In this document: piece by piece, positions 35,567-50,432 of the stretch | Layout: every line of letters starts with the position of its first letter | Numbering within the stretch: the stretch's first letter is position 1 | NCBI RefSeq assembly: GCF_009914755.1 | Contig: NC_060929.1 | Strand: one strand, 5' to 3' | From: the human T2T-CHM13v2.0 reference genome, Homo sapiens | Length of the DNA stretch: 64,000 bases | Notes under the pieces: model-generated | Told to the model about the DNA's origin: nothing | Seen by the model: the letters and a program-made list of their open reading frames with translations, nothing else | Databases searched by the model: none | Translations under genes and position numbers: made by a program

Positions 35567-37059
35567 ACAATGAGAACACTTGGACACAGGGCAGGGAACA
35601 TCACACCCCGGGGCCTGTTGTGGGGTTGGGGAAGCGGGGAGGGATAGCATTAGGAGAAATGCCTAATGTAAATGATGAGTTAATGGGTGCAGTACACCAA
35701 CATGGCACATGTATGCATATGTAACAAACCTGCACGTTGTGCACATGTACCCTAGAACTTAAAGTATAGAACAACAAAAAAAAAGAATTATCCAAAGACC
35801 TGGAATCAATAGAAAGAGATGTCTGGGTTAAGATAAGGGGTTGTGAAGACCAAGGTTTTATCATGCAGATAAAGCCTCCGGGTAGTAGGCTTCAGAGCTC
35901 TTACCAGACCTAAAAAAGGTCAGATTCTTGGTTAATTTTCTCCTGGATCAGGGAAACGACCTGGAAAGGGAAGGGGCTTCTCTACAGAATGTAGATCTTC
36001 CCCTCAAGAGATAGCTTTGCAGGGCCTTTTCAAAAAATGTCAAATAAATATATTTTGGCGTAAAATACTTTAGTTTCTTTCAGGGCCTGCTGTCTGTCAT
36101 GTTATGCTATACTAGATTCAGGCTGGAATTTGGTGTTTTATTGCTAAAGAAAAGTCTTTTTTTGTCAGTCTTAACTTCTCTGTTTTAATGTTAATGCTGA
36201 TCAGCTGTGCCTGAATTCCAAAGGGAGGAGGCTATAATAAGACATACCTGACCCCTGCTTCCCATCATGGCCTGAAGTACTTTTTCAGTTAACTTTGGAA
36301 TGCCCTTGGCAGAAAGGAGGGGTGCATTCAGTTGGTTGAAAGGCTTAGAGTTTTATTTTTGGTTTACAAAGTCGAACCTCAGCTGAGACACCCATTATTC
36401 TCAGCATCCTCCTTCAGAGAGCCCCAGCTTAGAATGACCTCAGGACTTCCAACTAGTATCCTCTTCTCCTTCTAGAATTCTCTTGGAGGTGACTAGAAAG
36501 AAACATGGTGCTTAGCTCAGAGCCAAGACATTTTGGCAGCTTCTTCTCATTTGTAACACTCATGTGCAAATATAAGGATGGTTGTTGGGTCAGCCTGGGC
36601 CTGGTCTCCAGGGATATGGCCCTTCCAGACCTCCACTTTCCTTGAGCTTCCAGGCTTCCTGCTGTCCATCACATAACCTGTTATCCCTGGCCAAGGACAT
36701 GGGGTAAAAGAGCAACCACCTAAGTTGCCAGTGCTGGGTGCTGGAGCCTTGAGATTTATTGCACTTAGGCTTAGCTGAGAAAAGGATTAAAGAAGTGGGG
36801 AAAAGTCATAAGTTACCACACTTCAACAGTGTGTGTGAAATCTCAGTGCCATTCAGACAGCAGACTGCATAGTTGAAGTTTCTCCACCCTCCCTGAAAGA
36901 TTTCACAGAGCCCATGGGCACATCCACAAACCGGGCACATGCATGAACAAGGCCCCTCTTCTCCAGCCAGCAACCCAAACCAAGACAGGATGTACTCACA
37001 TTGTTAGGCCTCTTGTTGAGAAAGAGCTTAGATTTCTTTTGTTGGGCAGACCTAGACTC

Positions 37060-37872
37060 TTATTTTATTTTTGGTAGATACTGGGTCTCACTATGTTGTC
37101 CAGGCTGGTCTCAAATTCCTGGCCTCAAGCAATCCTCCTGTCTCAGCCCTCCGTAGCACTGGGATTATACCCAGCCACTGGGAATTTTTTTTTTTTTTTT
37201 TTTTTTTAAGAGACAGAGCCTCTTTTGCCTAGGCTGTAGTGCAGTAGCATAATCATAGATCACTGTAATCTCAAACTCCTGGGCTCAAGGGATACTCCTG
37301 CCTCAGCCTCCCAAGTATTTAGGACCGCAGCAGCATGCCACCACACTTGGCTAAATAAAAAAAAAAATTATAGAGGCAGGGTCTTGCTATGTAGACCAGT
37401 TTGATCTTAAATGCCTGGCTTCAAGTGACCCTCACACCTCAGCCTCCCAAAGTGTGGGGATTCAGAGGTGAGCCACTGCATCCACAGACCTGGATTCTAG
37501 GCCTGGCTTTATCACATACCAGCTGTGGGATCTTGGATGTGTGTGTGGTGCTCCCTTTCGGAGCCTCACTTTCTTTATCCTTGGAGATAACACTATTCTA
37601 AAGGGTGTTTTTATTAAGAGGCTGAGGCAGGAGGATAGCTTGAGCCCAGGAGTTCAAGACCAGCCTGGGCAAGATGGTAAAACCCCATCTCTACAAAAAA
37701 TACAAAAAAATTCTCTGGGAACGGTGGTGTGTGCCTGGAGTCCCAGCTACTCAAGAGGCTGAGGTGGGAGGATCACCTGAGGTCGAGGCTGCAATGAGCC
37801 ATGATTGCGCCACTGCTGCATTCCAGCCTGGGTGACAGAGTGAGACCCATCTCAAAAAAAAAAAAAAAAAAA
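37060..37872. mobile_element. Alu cluster: FLAM (minus, 37060-37175), AluJ (minus, 37185-37490), 5'-truncated AluJ (plus, 37617-37872)
   Basis: Alu arm motifs and poly(A/T) tails. Confidence 0.88.
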
Positions 37873-38659
37873 GGTTGTTGTAAGGATGCATTGAATAACA
37901 CACATAAAGTGACTTTCATAGTGCCTGGAAAGAATAGGCACACAAGTTGCTTTCTTTCCATGTTAGCTCTTCCCCACACCAATGTCTCTAATAGTATTCA
38001 CTGGGAAACCGCTGCTTGTTGGGAAGAGACAGGGAGGAAAGGTTTCTGCCCCACACCCTTGTAATAGGCGCAGTTCTTCCCAGCCAGCCACTCCCAGTGG
38101 CGAATGCCTTCACCTGTAGAACTAGTGGGGATGACACCATGTGGGACATCAGGGGCCAGGTGTGATGAAGACTGAGAGGCCAATGCAGAGGCCCAAAGGG
38201 ACAGGTAAAAACCCATGACCTGAAGGATCTGGCTCCAGGCCCTCTCCTCTAGGGCCCTTTCCGAAATCTAATGGCCTCCTCACCAGATCCCCTGGCTCAG
38301 ACTTCACCTTGAATCCATCTTCCACACTGCCCAAGAGGGAGCTTTCTAAAACACTATCCTGTTTGTGTCTCTCCTCCTCTTAAAAACTTTCAGTGGCTTC
38401 CTAGTGTTTAGAACTGTGTTTTTCAATAATGAGTTATGACCCTGTTTGTGGGCTGTAGAATCAATTTAGTGAGTTGTAACCAGGATTTAAACTATTTAAT
38501 AGGCTGAATGCCAGCCTGAATCACATGTAATTATTGCTCTGTGAAACATTTGTTTCAGAGTTTAAAAAATGTTAAGTATATATTCTAAGTGGGAATTTGA
38601 GACACCATATTTGACTGTGATTTGGGATAGTTTTGACATGCTGTCAAATATGTGATGAT

Positions 38660-39800
<1,141 letters not shown>

Positions 39801-40521
39801 TGAAAGCTACTCATTAGAGGAAAAAGTCAAATTCCTTAGCACTGCTTAGCATGCCTTACAAGGCCCGGCATGGCCGGGCATGACCTGTTTCTTCTCTCTA
39901 CTGCTTAATCTACTGCCGACTATTCCAGGTCTCTTCTCAATTGCCTGACAATTTTTTTTTCCTCTTCCTTGTTTGTGAACTCCAACTTGTCCCCCAATAT
40001 TCGTTTCTAATTTTAGTTTTTCCAGGAAGCTTTTCCTGGCCGTCATTTCTCCTCTCCCTTTTAGCCTCTTTATAACTGGTGCATCCCTCTGTCCTAATAC
40101 CTAGTGCTTTGTATTCTGCCTGTCTAACAACTCGTTTCCTAATTCATGAGCTCCTGCAGGAAAAACTGTGATCCATCTTTGGAGCCCAGGGTGAACACTT
40201 GTTTGCCTTCCCACCTCCATTATTCTTTTTTTTAGTAACAGCTTCTAGTTTTAATCTGGGGTACTACCTTGCATTCCTTCATTCTCTATCCAGGTAGCTC
40301 AGATGTGGTCCCATTCACCTATCACAGAGATGCTTGTGATCAAGGTCATGGTGTATGAGAATATCCCATCTCCTTGGCCATACAGCTTGGTTGCCTGGCT
40401 ACTTGGAAAGGTCTTTGGGAGGCACAGGCCATGCTGTCTTCTCCATCCTCTGCCACTGTGTGGTCTCTAGCCCATTGTATATTGGGCTAGGACTGGTCCT
40501 GTGCTAAAGGACTTTACATCT

Positions 40522-40896
40522 TGATATGGTTTGACTGTGTCCCCAGCCAAATCTCATCTTGAATTGTAGTTCCCATAATCCCCATGTGTTGTGGGAGGGA
40601 CCCAGGGGTAGGTAATTGAATCATGGGGGCGGTTCCCTCCATGCTCTTCTCATGATAGTGAGTGAGTTCTCATGAGATCTGATGGTTTTATATGGGGCTT
40701 TTCCCACTTTTGCTTGGCACTTCTTTCTTCTGCCACCATGTGAAGAAGGACGTGTTTCCTTCCCCTCTTGCCATGATTGTAAATTTCCTGAGGCCTCCCC
40801 AGCCATGCTGCTATGAGTCAATTCAACCTCTTTCCTTAATAAATTACCCAGTCTCAGGTATGCCTTTTTTTAGCAGTGTGAGAATGGACTAATACA
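40522..40896 (+). mobile_element. THE1 (C/D-like) MaLR solo LTR
   Basis: 'tgatatggtttg...ggactaataca'; perfect 5-bp TSD CATCT. Confidence 0.93.
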
Positions 40897-41373
40897 CATC
40901 TCTAATTTCATTTAATTTTCACAGTAGCCCTGTGAAGTATAGATGCTATTATCATCTGCATTTACAGATAAGGGCTTAGGTTCAGGGAGGTTAAATGGCA
41001 CATGGCCAATGCACTTATAGAACTGGGACTTAGACAAAAAGCTCAGGGCTGCTTTTGTATAAATGAGACAGTATAAAACATTTCTATATTGGGAGCAGAT
41101 GGATGAAGAAAGTAATTTTTATGTGTGGGTAAGTTTTCCACGGGTGTTGGAGGGGTGGACCCCTCCCTTTTTTCCAAGCATTTAAAATATGCTATTTGAT
41201 TGTTTTTTGGCCTTCATTGTTTCTGATGAATAAGTTGTTCCTCAGTATGTAATTTGTCTTTTTCTCTGGATATGTTTATAATTTTTATTTTAGTCATCAG
41301 TAATTTGGTTATAATGTGCCTAGACATGGTTTTCTTTGTATTTACCATATTTTTGGTTCTTTCTGAGTTTCTT

Positions 41374-43251
41374 TTTTTTTTTTTTTTTCAGTTTCTTTTT
41401 TTTTTTTTTTTAATTTATTTTTTTATTGATAATTCTTGGGTGTTTCTCACAGAGAGGGATTTGGCAGGGTCATGGGACAATAGTGGAGGGAAGGTCAGCA
41501 GATAAACAAGTGAACAAAGGTCTCTGGTTTTCCTAGGCAGAGGACCCTGCGGCCTTCCGCAGTGTTTGTGTCCCTGATTACTTGAGATTAGGGATTGGTG
41601 ATGACTCTTAACGAGCATGCTGCCTTCAAGCATCTGTTTAACAAAGCACATCTTGCACCGCCCTTAATCCATTTAACCCTGAGTGGACACAGCACATGTT
41701 TCAGAGAGCACAGGGTTGAGGGTAAGGTCACAGATCAACAGGATCCCAAGGCAGAAGAATTTTTCTTAGTGCAGAACAAAATGAAAAGTCTCCCATGTCT
41801 ACTTCTTTCTACACAGACACGGCAACCATCCGATTTCTCAATCTTTTGCCCACCTTTCCCGCCTTTCTATTCCACAAAGCCGCCATTGTCATCCTGGCCC
41901 GTTCTCAATGAGCTGTTGGGCACACCTCCCAGACGGGGCGGCTGGCCGGGCAGAGGGGCTCTTCACTTCCCAGTAGGGGCGGCCGGGCAGAGGCGCCCCT
42001 CACCTCCCGGACGGGGCGGCTGGCCGGGCGGGGGGCTGACCCCCCCACCTCCCTCCCGGACAGGGCAGCTGGCCGGGCGGGGGGCTGACCCCCCCACCTC
42101 CCTCCCGGAAGGGGCGGCTGGCCGGGCGGGGGGCTGACCCCCCCACCTCCCTCCCGGACGGGGCGGCTGGCCGGGCGGGGGGCTGACCCCCCCACCTCCC
42201 TCCCGGACGGGGCGGCTGGCTGGGCGGGGGGCTGACCCCCCCACTTCCCTCCCGGACGGGGCGGCTGGCCGGGCGGGGGGCTGACCCCCCCCACCTCCCT
42301 CCCGGACGGGGTGGCTGCCGGGCGGAGACGCTCCTCACTTCCCAGATGGGGTGGCTGCCAGGCGGAGAGGCTCCTCACTTCTCAGACGGGGCAGCTGCCG
42401 GGCGGAGGGGCTCCTCACTTCTCAGACGGGGCGGCCGGGCAGAGACGCTCCTCACCTCCCAGACGGGGTCGCGGCCGGGCAGAGGCGCTCCTCACATCCC
42501 AGAGGGGGCGGCGGGGCAGAGGCGCTCCCCACATCTCAGACGATGGGCGGCCAGGCAGAGACGCTCCTCACTTCCTAGATGTGATGGCGGCTGGGAAGAG
42601 GCGCTCCTCACTTCCTAGATGTGATGGCGGCTGGGAAGAGGCGCTCCTCACTTCCTAGATGGAATGGCGGCCGGGCGGAGACGCTCCTCACTTTCCAGAC
42701 TGGGCAGCCAGGCAGAGGGGCTCCGCACATCCCAGACGATGGGCGGCCAGGCAGAGACACTCCTCACTTCCCAGACGGGGTGGCGGCCGGGCAGAGGCTG
42801 CAATCTCGGCACTTTGGGAGGCCAAGGCAGGCGGCTGGGAGGTGTAGGTTGTAGTGAGCCGAGATCATGCCACTGCACTCCAGCCTGGGCACCATTGAGC
42901 ACTGAGTGAACGAGACTCCGTCTGCAATCCCGGCACCTCGGGAGGCCGAGGCTGGCGGATCACTCGCGGTTAGGGGCTGGAGACCGGCCCGGCCAACACA
43001 GCGAAACCCCGTCTCCACCAAAACCAGGCGTGGCGGCGCGTGCCTGCAATCGCAGGCACTCGGCAGGCTGAGGCAGGAGAATCAGGCAGGGAGGTTGCAG
43101 TGAGCCGAGATGGCAGCAGTACAGTCCAGCTTCGGCTCCGCATGAGAGGGAGACCGTGGAAAGAGAGGGAGACCGTGGGGAGAGAGAGGGAGAGGGAGAG
43201 GGGGAGGGAGAGGGAGAGGGTGAGGGACAGGGAGAGGGAGAGGGAGAGGGC
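41374..43251 (-). mobile_element. Full-length SVA retrotransposon (young, D-F type, probably F)
   Basis: Minus strand order: (CCCTCT)n 43146-43250, Alu-like about 42790-43145, GC-rich VNTR about 41915-42790, SINE-R about 41420-41910, poly(A). Perfect 15-bp TSD ctttctgagtttctt (41359-41373, 43252-43266). Confidence 0.97.
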
Positions 43252-43274
43252 CTTTCTGAGTTTCTTGAATCTCC

Positions 43275-43563
43275 TTTTTTTTTTTTTCGAGACAGAGTCT
43301 TGCTCTATAATCCAGGCTGGAGTGCAGTGGCAAGATGTCGGCTTACTGCAACTTCTGCCTCCCAGGTTCAAGCAATTCTCATGCCTTAGCCTCCTGAGTA
43401 GTTGGGATTACAGGCATGTGCCACCACACCCAACTATTTTTTTTGTAGAGAGGGAGTTTTGCCATGTTTGCCAGGCTGGTCTCAAACTCCTGGCCTCAAG
43501 TAATCCCCCCTCCTTGGCCTCCCAAAGTGCTGGTATTACAGGCATAAGCCACTGTGCCTGGCT
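43275..43563 (-). mobile_element. Alu (S/J)
   Basis: Reverse dimer flanked by duplicated 'ttgaatctc'. Confidence 0.9.
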
Positions 43564-44667
43564 TGAATCTCTTGACTGAATTTTTTTCTATTGAATTTGC
43601 AAAATTTTTGGCCATCATTCCTGCAGTTATTTTTTCTCTCTACTCTTCTTCTTCTGAGAGTCTGACACATATGTCAGCCTACTTTAGGTTGTCCCATTGA
43701 TGCTCTGCTCATATTAAAAACATTTTTTTCCTTTATTGCTCAGTTTGAATAATTTCTATCAACCTGTTTTCTCTTATACTTTCAGAGTATCCAATATGCT
43801 GTTATTCTGTCTAGTGAATTTTTAAGTTCAATTGCTATATTTTTCAATTTTTGGATTTACATTTGGCTTACTTTTTAGAGTTTTCTTATTTCTCTTATAA
43901 TTCACAGTTCTTCTTCTGTCACATTAATCCTTTCCTATAAGATTAAAAAAAGTTGCAGTTATGTACTACATAATGATGTTTTGGTCAGTTATGGACCACA
44001 TATGACAGTGGTCCCATAAAATTATAATGGAGCTGGAAAATTCCTATCACCTGGTAACACTGTGGTCATCATAATGTCTCCACACAACGCATTACTCAGG
44101 TGTTTGTGGTGATGCTGGTGTAAACCTACTGGGCTGGCAGTGATATAAAAGTATAGTGCATACAATTATGTACAGTATATAATACTTGATAAAGATATAA
44201 CTATACTATACTTTTATTGTTATTTTAGCGTGTACGTCTTCTAGTTGTAAAAAAAATTTACTGTAAAATGGTATGCTGTGTTACACCAGCAGCAGCTTCA
44301 TGTATCTTGTGTTTTATTGTAGCTCTTGATTGCACAGTTTTCTCTTGTGTATGATTTAATCTCATTTTGTTTTGTTCATTATGGGTCCCTAAGCGTACAA
44401 GATATCCTGCTAATGTTGTCAGTAGGAGGCCACAGTGAGTAACTGACCTGGAAATGAAATTAAAAGTGATTAATTAAGGGACAGGGCACAGTGGCTCATT
44501 CCTATAACCCCAGTGCTTCAAGAGCCTGAGGTGGAAGGATGGCTTCAGACCAGGAGTTCGAGACCAGTCTTGGCAACATAGTGAGACCCTGTCTCTACAA
44601 AAAAAAAAAAAGAAAGAAATTAAAAAAATGATTAAGGACTATGAAAGTGGAAAATCAGTGATGGTTA

Positions 44668-45063
<396 letters not shown>

Positions 45064-46260
45064 TCATTGAAGGCAATGAGATAACAGAAATTCAGGAAGG
45101 TCCTCTATAAGATATGAAGAAACTTCTGATGACCTGGGTTGGAGACCAGGCACAGAAGTGTATCCCTCTCAGCACTACGACAATCATGGCCAAAGCACGA
45201 AGTTTGTTTGCAATGTTCAGAGAAAAGGCCGGACCTAACTACAGTGTTGAAGTATTGCTAGCTCTGGGTGATTTAAACAGTTCAAGCATCGTAATTCATT
45301 ACATATTGTGAAAGTGAGTGGCAAGTCTGTGCATGCTGATGTGAAGGCAGCTGAAGAATTTTTGGAAACTCTAGAAAGGCTGATTATGGAGGAAAATCAC
45401 TTGCCAGAGCAAATCGTCAATATGGATGAAAACCCCCTATTTTGGAAATGGATGCCTGAAAAGACTTTTATCTAGAAGGAGACCAAGTCAATGCCAGGTT
45501 TCAAGGCTTTTAAGGACAGGACAACAGTCTTTCTCAGAGGCAATGCTGCAGGCTACAAACTGAAATCCTTTGTGATCTGGCACAGTGAGAACCCCAGGGC
45601 CTTCAAGCATACCAGTAAGCACACCACAGGAGCAATAAGAAGTCACAGATGACCCAGCTACTCCTGAATTGCTATGCCAGTGAAATGAAGTACTATTTGG
45701 AGAATAAGATACCTTTCAAGGTTTTGCATATGGTTTATAATGTTCCCACACATCCTCCTTTTATTGGTGATCTTCATCCCAATACCAAGGTAGTGTCTCT
45801 CCCTCCAAACATTACCTCTTTGATTGAACCAATGAATCAAGGTGTTATATCAGCTTTTAAGGACTGCTACCTGAGGAAGACCTTTGTCCAGGCTGTTGCT
45901 ACACCTGAGGGAGAGACTGAGATGACAGTGATGCAATTCTGGAAGGATTACAACACAGGTATGATTGCATCAAGAACCTTGGTTGGGCTTGGGGTGATGT
46001 CACCAAGAAGTATGTGAATGGCATCTGGAAGAAGACACTTAGCATTTCTCCATGACTTCAGAGGATTTGCCAAGGATGAGGAGGTTGCAAAAATCAACAA
46101 GTTTGTGGTTGAGATGGCAAACAGCTTTGACCTGGGTGTGGATGAGAATGACACTGAGGAGCTCTTAGAGGTGGTTCTTGAGGAATTGACTAATAAGGAG
46201 TTGTTGGAAATGAAACAGGAATGCATAGCTGAAGAAGAGGCAAGAAAAAAGGAAACTGCA

Positions 46261-46621
46261 TGTATTAGTCTGTTCTCATGCTGCTATAAAGAACTGCCCA
46301 AGACCAGGTAATTTATAAAGGAAAGAGGTTTAATTGACTCACAGTCCTGCATGGCTTGGGAGGCCTCAGGAAACTTACAATCATGGCAGAAGGCACCTAT
46401 TCAGGAGGGGGCAGGAGAGAGAAGAATGAGAATAGAGCGAAGGAGGAAGCCCCTTATGAAACCATTAGATCTCATGAAAACTCACTCATTATCACAACAG
46501 TATGGGGAAAACTGCCCCCATGATTCAATTATCTCCACCTGGTCCCTCCCATGACACATGGGGATTGTGGGAACTACAATTCAAGATGAGATTTGGGTGG
46601 GGATACAGCCAAACCATATCG
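46261..46621 (-). mobile_element. THE1/MSTA MaLR solo LTR nested in Tigger3
   Basis: 'tgtattagtctgttctcatgctgct...aaaccatatc'; 5-bp TSD CTGCA. Confidence 0.92.
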
Positions 46622-48029
46622 CTGCAGGGGAAGAAAAAGAAGAACCCCCAAGAAAATGGACAGTGAAGGATTTGTAGCACAAGCTTTTTCAGACCTTAGC
46701 AAGTTCCTTTAAAAGCTTGGAAGTGTGGAGGCAACACCAAACAGTCTTCTTTATCATAATTTTTATTTTAGGTTCAGAGGTACATGTGCAGGTTTGTTAT
46801 ATAGGTAAACTGTCATGGGGACTAAAAAATTTTCATTAATAGAGAGGAATGGTGCGTAATCTGCTTACAAGCAAATCTGTGAGAAAAAATGAAGCAAATC
46901 TACTAAGTGACCATAGACATATTTCTGAAAAGAGTGACACCTCCACAAGAAGAGCCTCAGGCAGGTTTCTTAGGTGTTATTCCAGAAGAAGGCATTTGTT
47001 GTCATGGGAGATGACAGCTGTGTGTGTTATTGCCACTGAAGACCTTCCAGTGGGACAAGATATGGGGGTGGAAGACAGTGACATTGATCCTGACCCTGTA
47101 TAGGCCTAGGCTAATGTGTTTGTGTCTTAGTTTTTAATAAAAAAGTTTAAAAAGTAAAAAAAAATAAAAATAGATAAAAGCTTATAAGGTTTATAAATAT
47201 TTTTGTACAGCTGTTATTATTTTGTATTAATTTGTATTTTGTATTATTTATATTTGTATTAATTTTACTTATGAAATAACTTTAGTTACAAAGTAATTAT
47301 TACAAAACTTATTTTAAGCACAAACACATTATTTTGTAACAAGAGTTAAAAAGTTAAAAAGTTTAAAAGGAAAAAAGTTAGAGTAAGCTAAGTTTAATTT
47401 ATTATTGAAGAAAAAATATTTAAAAAATAAATTTAGTACAGCCTAAGAGTATAATGTTGATAAAGTCTACAGTAGTGTACAGTAATGTCCTAGGCCTTCA
47501 CATTCACTCACCACTCACTGACTCACCTAGAGCAACTTCCAGTCCTGCAAGCTCCATTCACGGTAAGTTCCCTATATAGGTGTATCATTTTTTTAATCTT
47601 GTATATCATATTTTTACTGTAACTTTTCTAAGTTTAGATATTTCTAGCTACATAAATAATTGTCATTGTGTTATAATTCCCTACAACATTCAGTACAGCA
47701 ACATGCTGTATAGGTTTGTAATCTAAGAGTGATAAGTTATACCATATAGCCTAGGTATGTAGTAGGCTATACCATATAGGTTTGTGTAAGTATGCTCGAT
47801 GATATTCATACATAAAATTGCTTAATGATTCATTTCTCATAACGTTCCTCTGTTGTTATGTGACACATGATTGTATTGTCATATTTTCCTGGCTGTTTGT
47901 ATGTTGCATTTTTAAAGTTTTTTCTAATTTTTTTCAAGGTCTTTGCTATCTCCAATATCTGACTCATCTTTGGGTCTGCTTCTGTTGACTATTCTCTTGA
48001 CTGTCATATTTTTCTGGCTGTTTGTATGC

Positions 48030-48435
48030 TATATTATGCCATTCTTGCATTTCTATAAAGAAATATCTGAGACTGGGTAATTTATAAAGAAAAGAGATTT
48101 AATTGGCTCATGGTTCTGCAGGCTGTACAATCATGGTGCCAGCATCTGCTTGGCTTCTGGTAGGGTGGGGCTCAGGAATCTTAACAATTGTGGCAGAAAG
48201 TGAAGGGGGAACAGGTGTCTCATACTGCAAGAGTGGGAGCAAGAGAGAGTGCGGGGGAGGTGCCACACATTCTTAACAAGATCTCTCAAAAACTTACTCA
48301 CTATTGTGAGGACAGCACGAAGCCATGAGGGATCCACCCCCATGACTCAAACACCTCCCACCAGGCCCCAACTCCAACACTGGGGATTACATTTCAACAT
48401 GTGATTTGGATGGGACAAATATTGAAACCATATCA
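48030..48435 (-). mobile_element. MST (MSTB-like) MaLR solo LTR
   Basis: Ends 'aaaccatatca'; 5-bp TSD TATGC (48025-48029, 48436-48440). Confidence 0.9.
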
Positions 48436-48451
48436 TATGCCAAGTAATTAA

Positions 48452-48598
<147 letters not shown>

Positions 48599-49913
48599 TA
48601 ACACACTCTAGAGTCTCTGGAGTTTACTATCTTTCTTTGAAAGGCATTGAGTTTTGCCCTAGCAGATGGCTAAATCGTTGACAGACAATCTTAGTCCTGT
48701 GGAAGCTTAGTTTTAGCCTTTATTGGAGTGGATCTCTTTCAGTTTTGTCCTTATTCCTAGGGTATAGACCTAAATTCTAAGATGTGGTCCTTATTCCTAA
48801 GGTGTGGCCCTGCAAGTGTTTCAACAAAAAGGGCGCTGTGTCTACAAAGCTTCTCTACCTTGGCAGGGCTTGACTCTTTCGTCTTGATGCAGTTTCTTGC
48901 CTCTGGGAAACTTACAATCTCACCCTGCATATGAACTGTTTAGCAGTCAGCCAAGGATTTGAAGATAATTGGTACACAGATTTTAGGGCACCCCTTCCAT
49001 GGTTCCGTCACTTAGGATTAAGATTTTTCTCCCTAAATTTCCAGCCACTCCATTCCCCATGCAGTGTATAGATGGGGACACACCTTCAGGGGAAGAGCCA
49101 GTGAACGCAGCTCTCACTCAATGTGCTGTCTTTCATTCAAGGGTTGGATCCCCTCCCTTTCTGCCTTCTTTTGGTTGCTGCAGAGTGCTTTAACGCAATT
49201 GTTTTGTTAAACTATTTTGTCCAGATTAGATAATTGTTACATGTGGGAGGGCTAGTTTGATAAGCTATTCTGATATTACCAGATCCTGAACCTCTTGCTC
49301 AATTTTCACCCTAGAATCTCAACACCACTGAATGTGAGAGGAACCAATGATAAGAGCCCTAAGCAAAACTCACCAGGGTTAATCGGAAAGAGGTAGAATG
49401 ATATAATGGTTAAGGATGGGGCTTTGGAGGCAATTTTGGTTTTGAATCCCAGTCCTGCCACTTATCAGCTGTGTGATCTTAAGAATGATGCTTAACTGAT
49501 TGAGACCTTGTATTGCCATTTGCCATTTTCTTTTTCTTTTCTTTTCTTTCTTTCTTTTTTCTTTTTTTTTTTTTGATGAGGATTAAATGAAATGCTTAGC
49601 ACCAGACTTGGCAAATAGTAAGGGTTTTTAACCCACGATGGTCACTATTATGACTAGAGAATGATATGTTCTTTCACAGTGGGGCTAGAAGGAGAGGGAC
49701 ACAGGGCTAAAGGATTTTTCCAGACAGTAGATTGGTGCCTTCTATTGGGACTAGAAGTCTTTGCCTCCAACTCTAGACATTCACAGTTGTTTGGAAATAA
49801 GCAAAATTCTAAATCTCAGAATTTTCTTCTGTTCCAGTTAAGACTTATCAAGGGCTGGAGCGTCTGAACTAGATACACCAAAAATTTTTAGAGTGATGAG
49901 ATGATGGAGTTAA

Positions 49914-50060
49914 ACAAACTGTCCTGAACTGCATATCCAAAGACAAAAGCTAGGAGATAACAAAAACTGTCCTAAAACTGCATATCCAAAGACAAACTGT
50001 CCTGAACTGCATATCCAAAGACAAACTGTCCTGAACTGCATATCCAAAGACAAAAGCTAG
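49914..50060. repeat. Interrupted tandem repeat, 29-bp unit, 4 copies
   Basis: Unit acaaactgtcctgaactgcatatccaaag. Confidence 0.95.
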
Positions 50061-50135
50061 CGTACCCCCAAACCCTACTTCAATGTAGACTCCCTCCCTC
50101 CCTGAGACCTCTGACCAAACCCAAATATATCTTGA

Positions 50136-50432
50136 TTTTTTTTTTTTCAGACAGGGTCTCACTCTGTTGCCCAGGCTAGAGTATAGTGGTGAGATCACAG
50201 CTCACTGCAACCTCGACCTCCCCAGGCTTAGGTGATCCTCCCACCTCAGCCTCCCCAGTAGCTGGGACCACAGGCATGCACCACCATGCCTGGCTAATTT
50301 TTGTATTTTTTTGTGGAGATGAGGTTTTGCCATATTGCCCAGGCTGGTTTCCAACTCCTGGGCTCAAGCAATCCACCTGCCTTGGCCTCCTAAAGTGTTG
50401 AGATTACAGGTGTTGAGCCTCTGTGCCTGGCC
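50136..50432 (-). mobile_element. AluJ followed by an L1MB-like 3' end (about 50437-50745, minus)
   Basis: Reverse Alu dimer, then 'taaaattcacata...ccctggcaaccac'. Another L1MB piece lies at about 52660-52930. Confidence 0.85.

Noticed and set aside
41915-43140. CpG island / gene promoter
   Set aside because: The CpG richness is entirely SVA-derived.
41595-43579. Many overlapping GC-rich ORFs
   Set aside because: Artefacts of the SVA VNTR, hexamer and Alu sequence.
49914-50060. CRISPR-like appearance of 29-bp repeats
   Set aside because: Units are mostly directly adjacent with no unique spacers, there are no cas genes, and the context is primate DNA.
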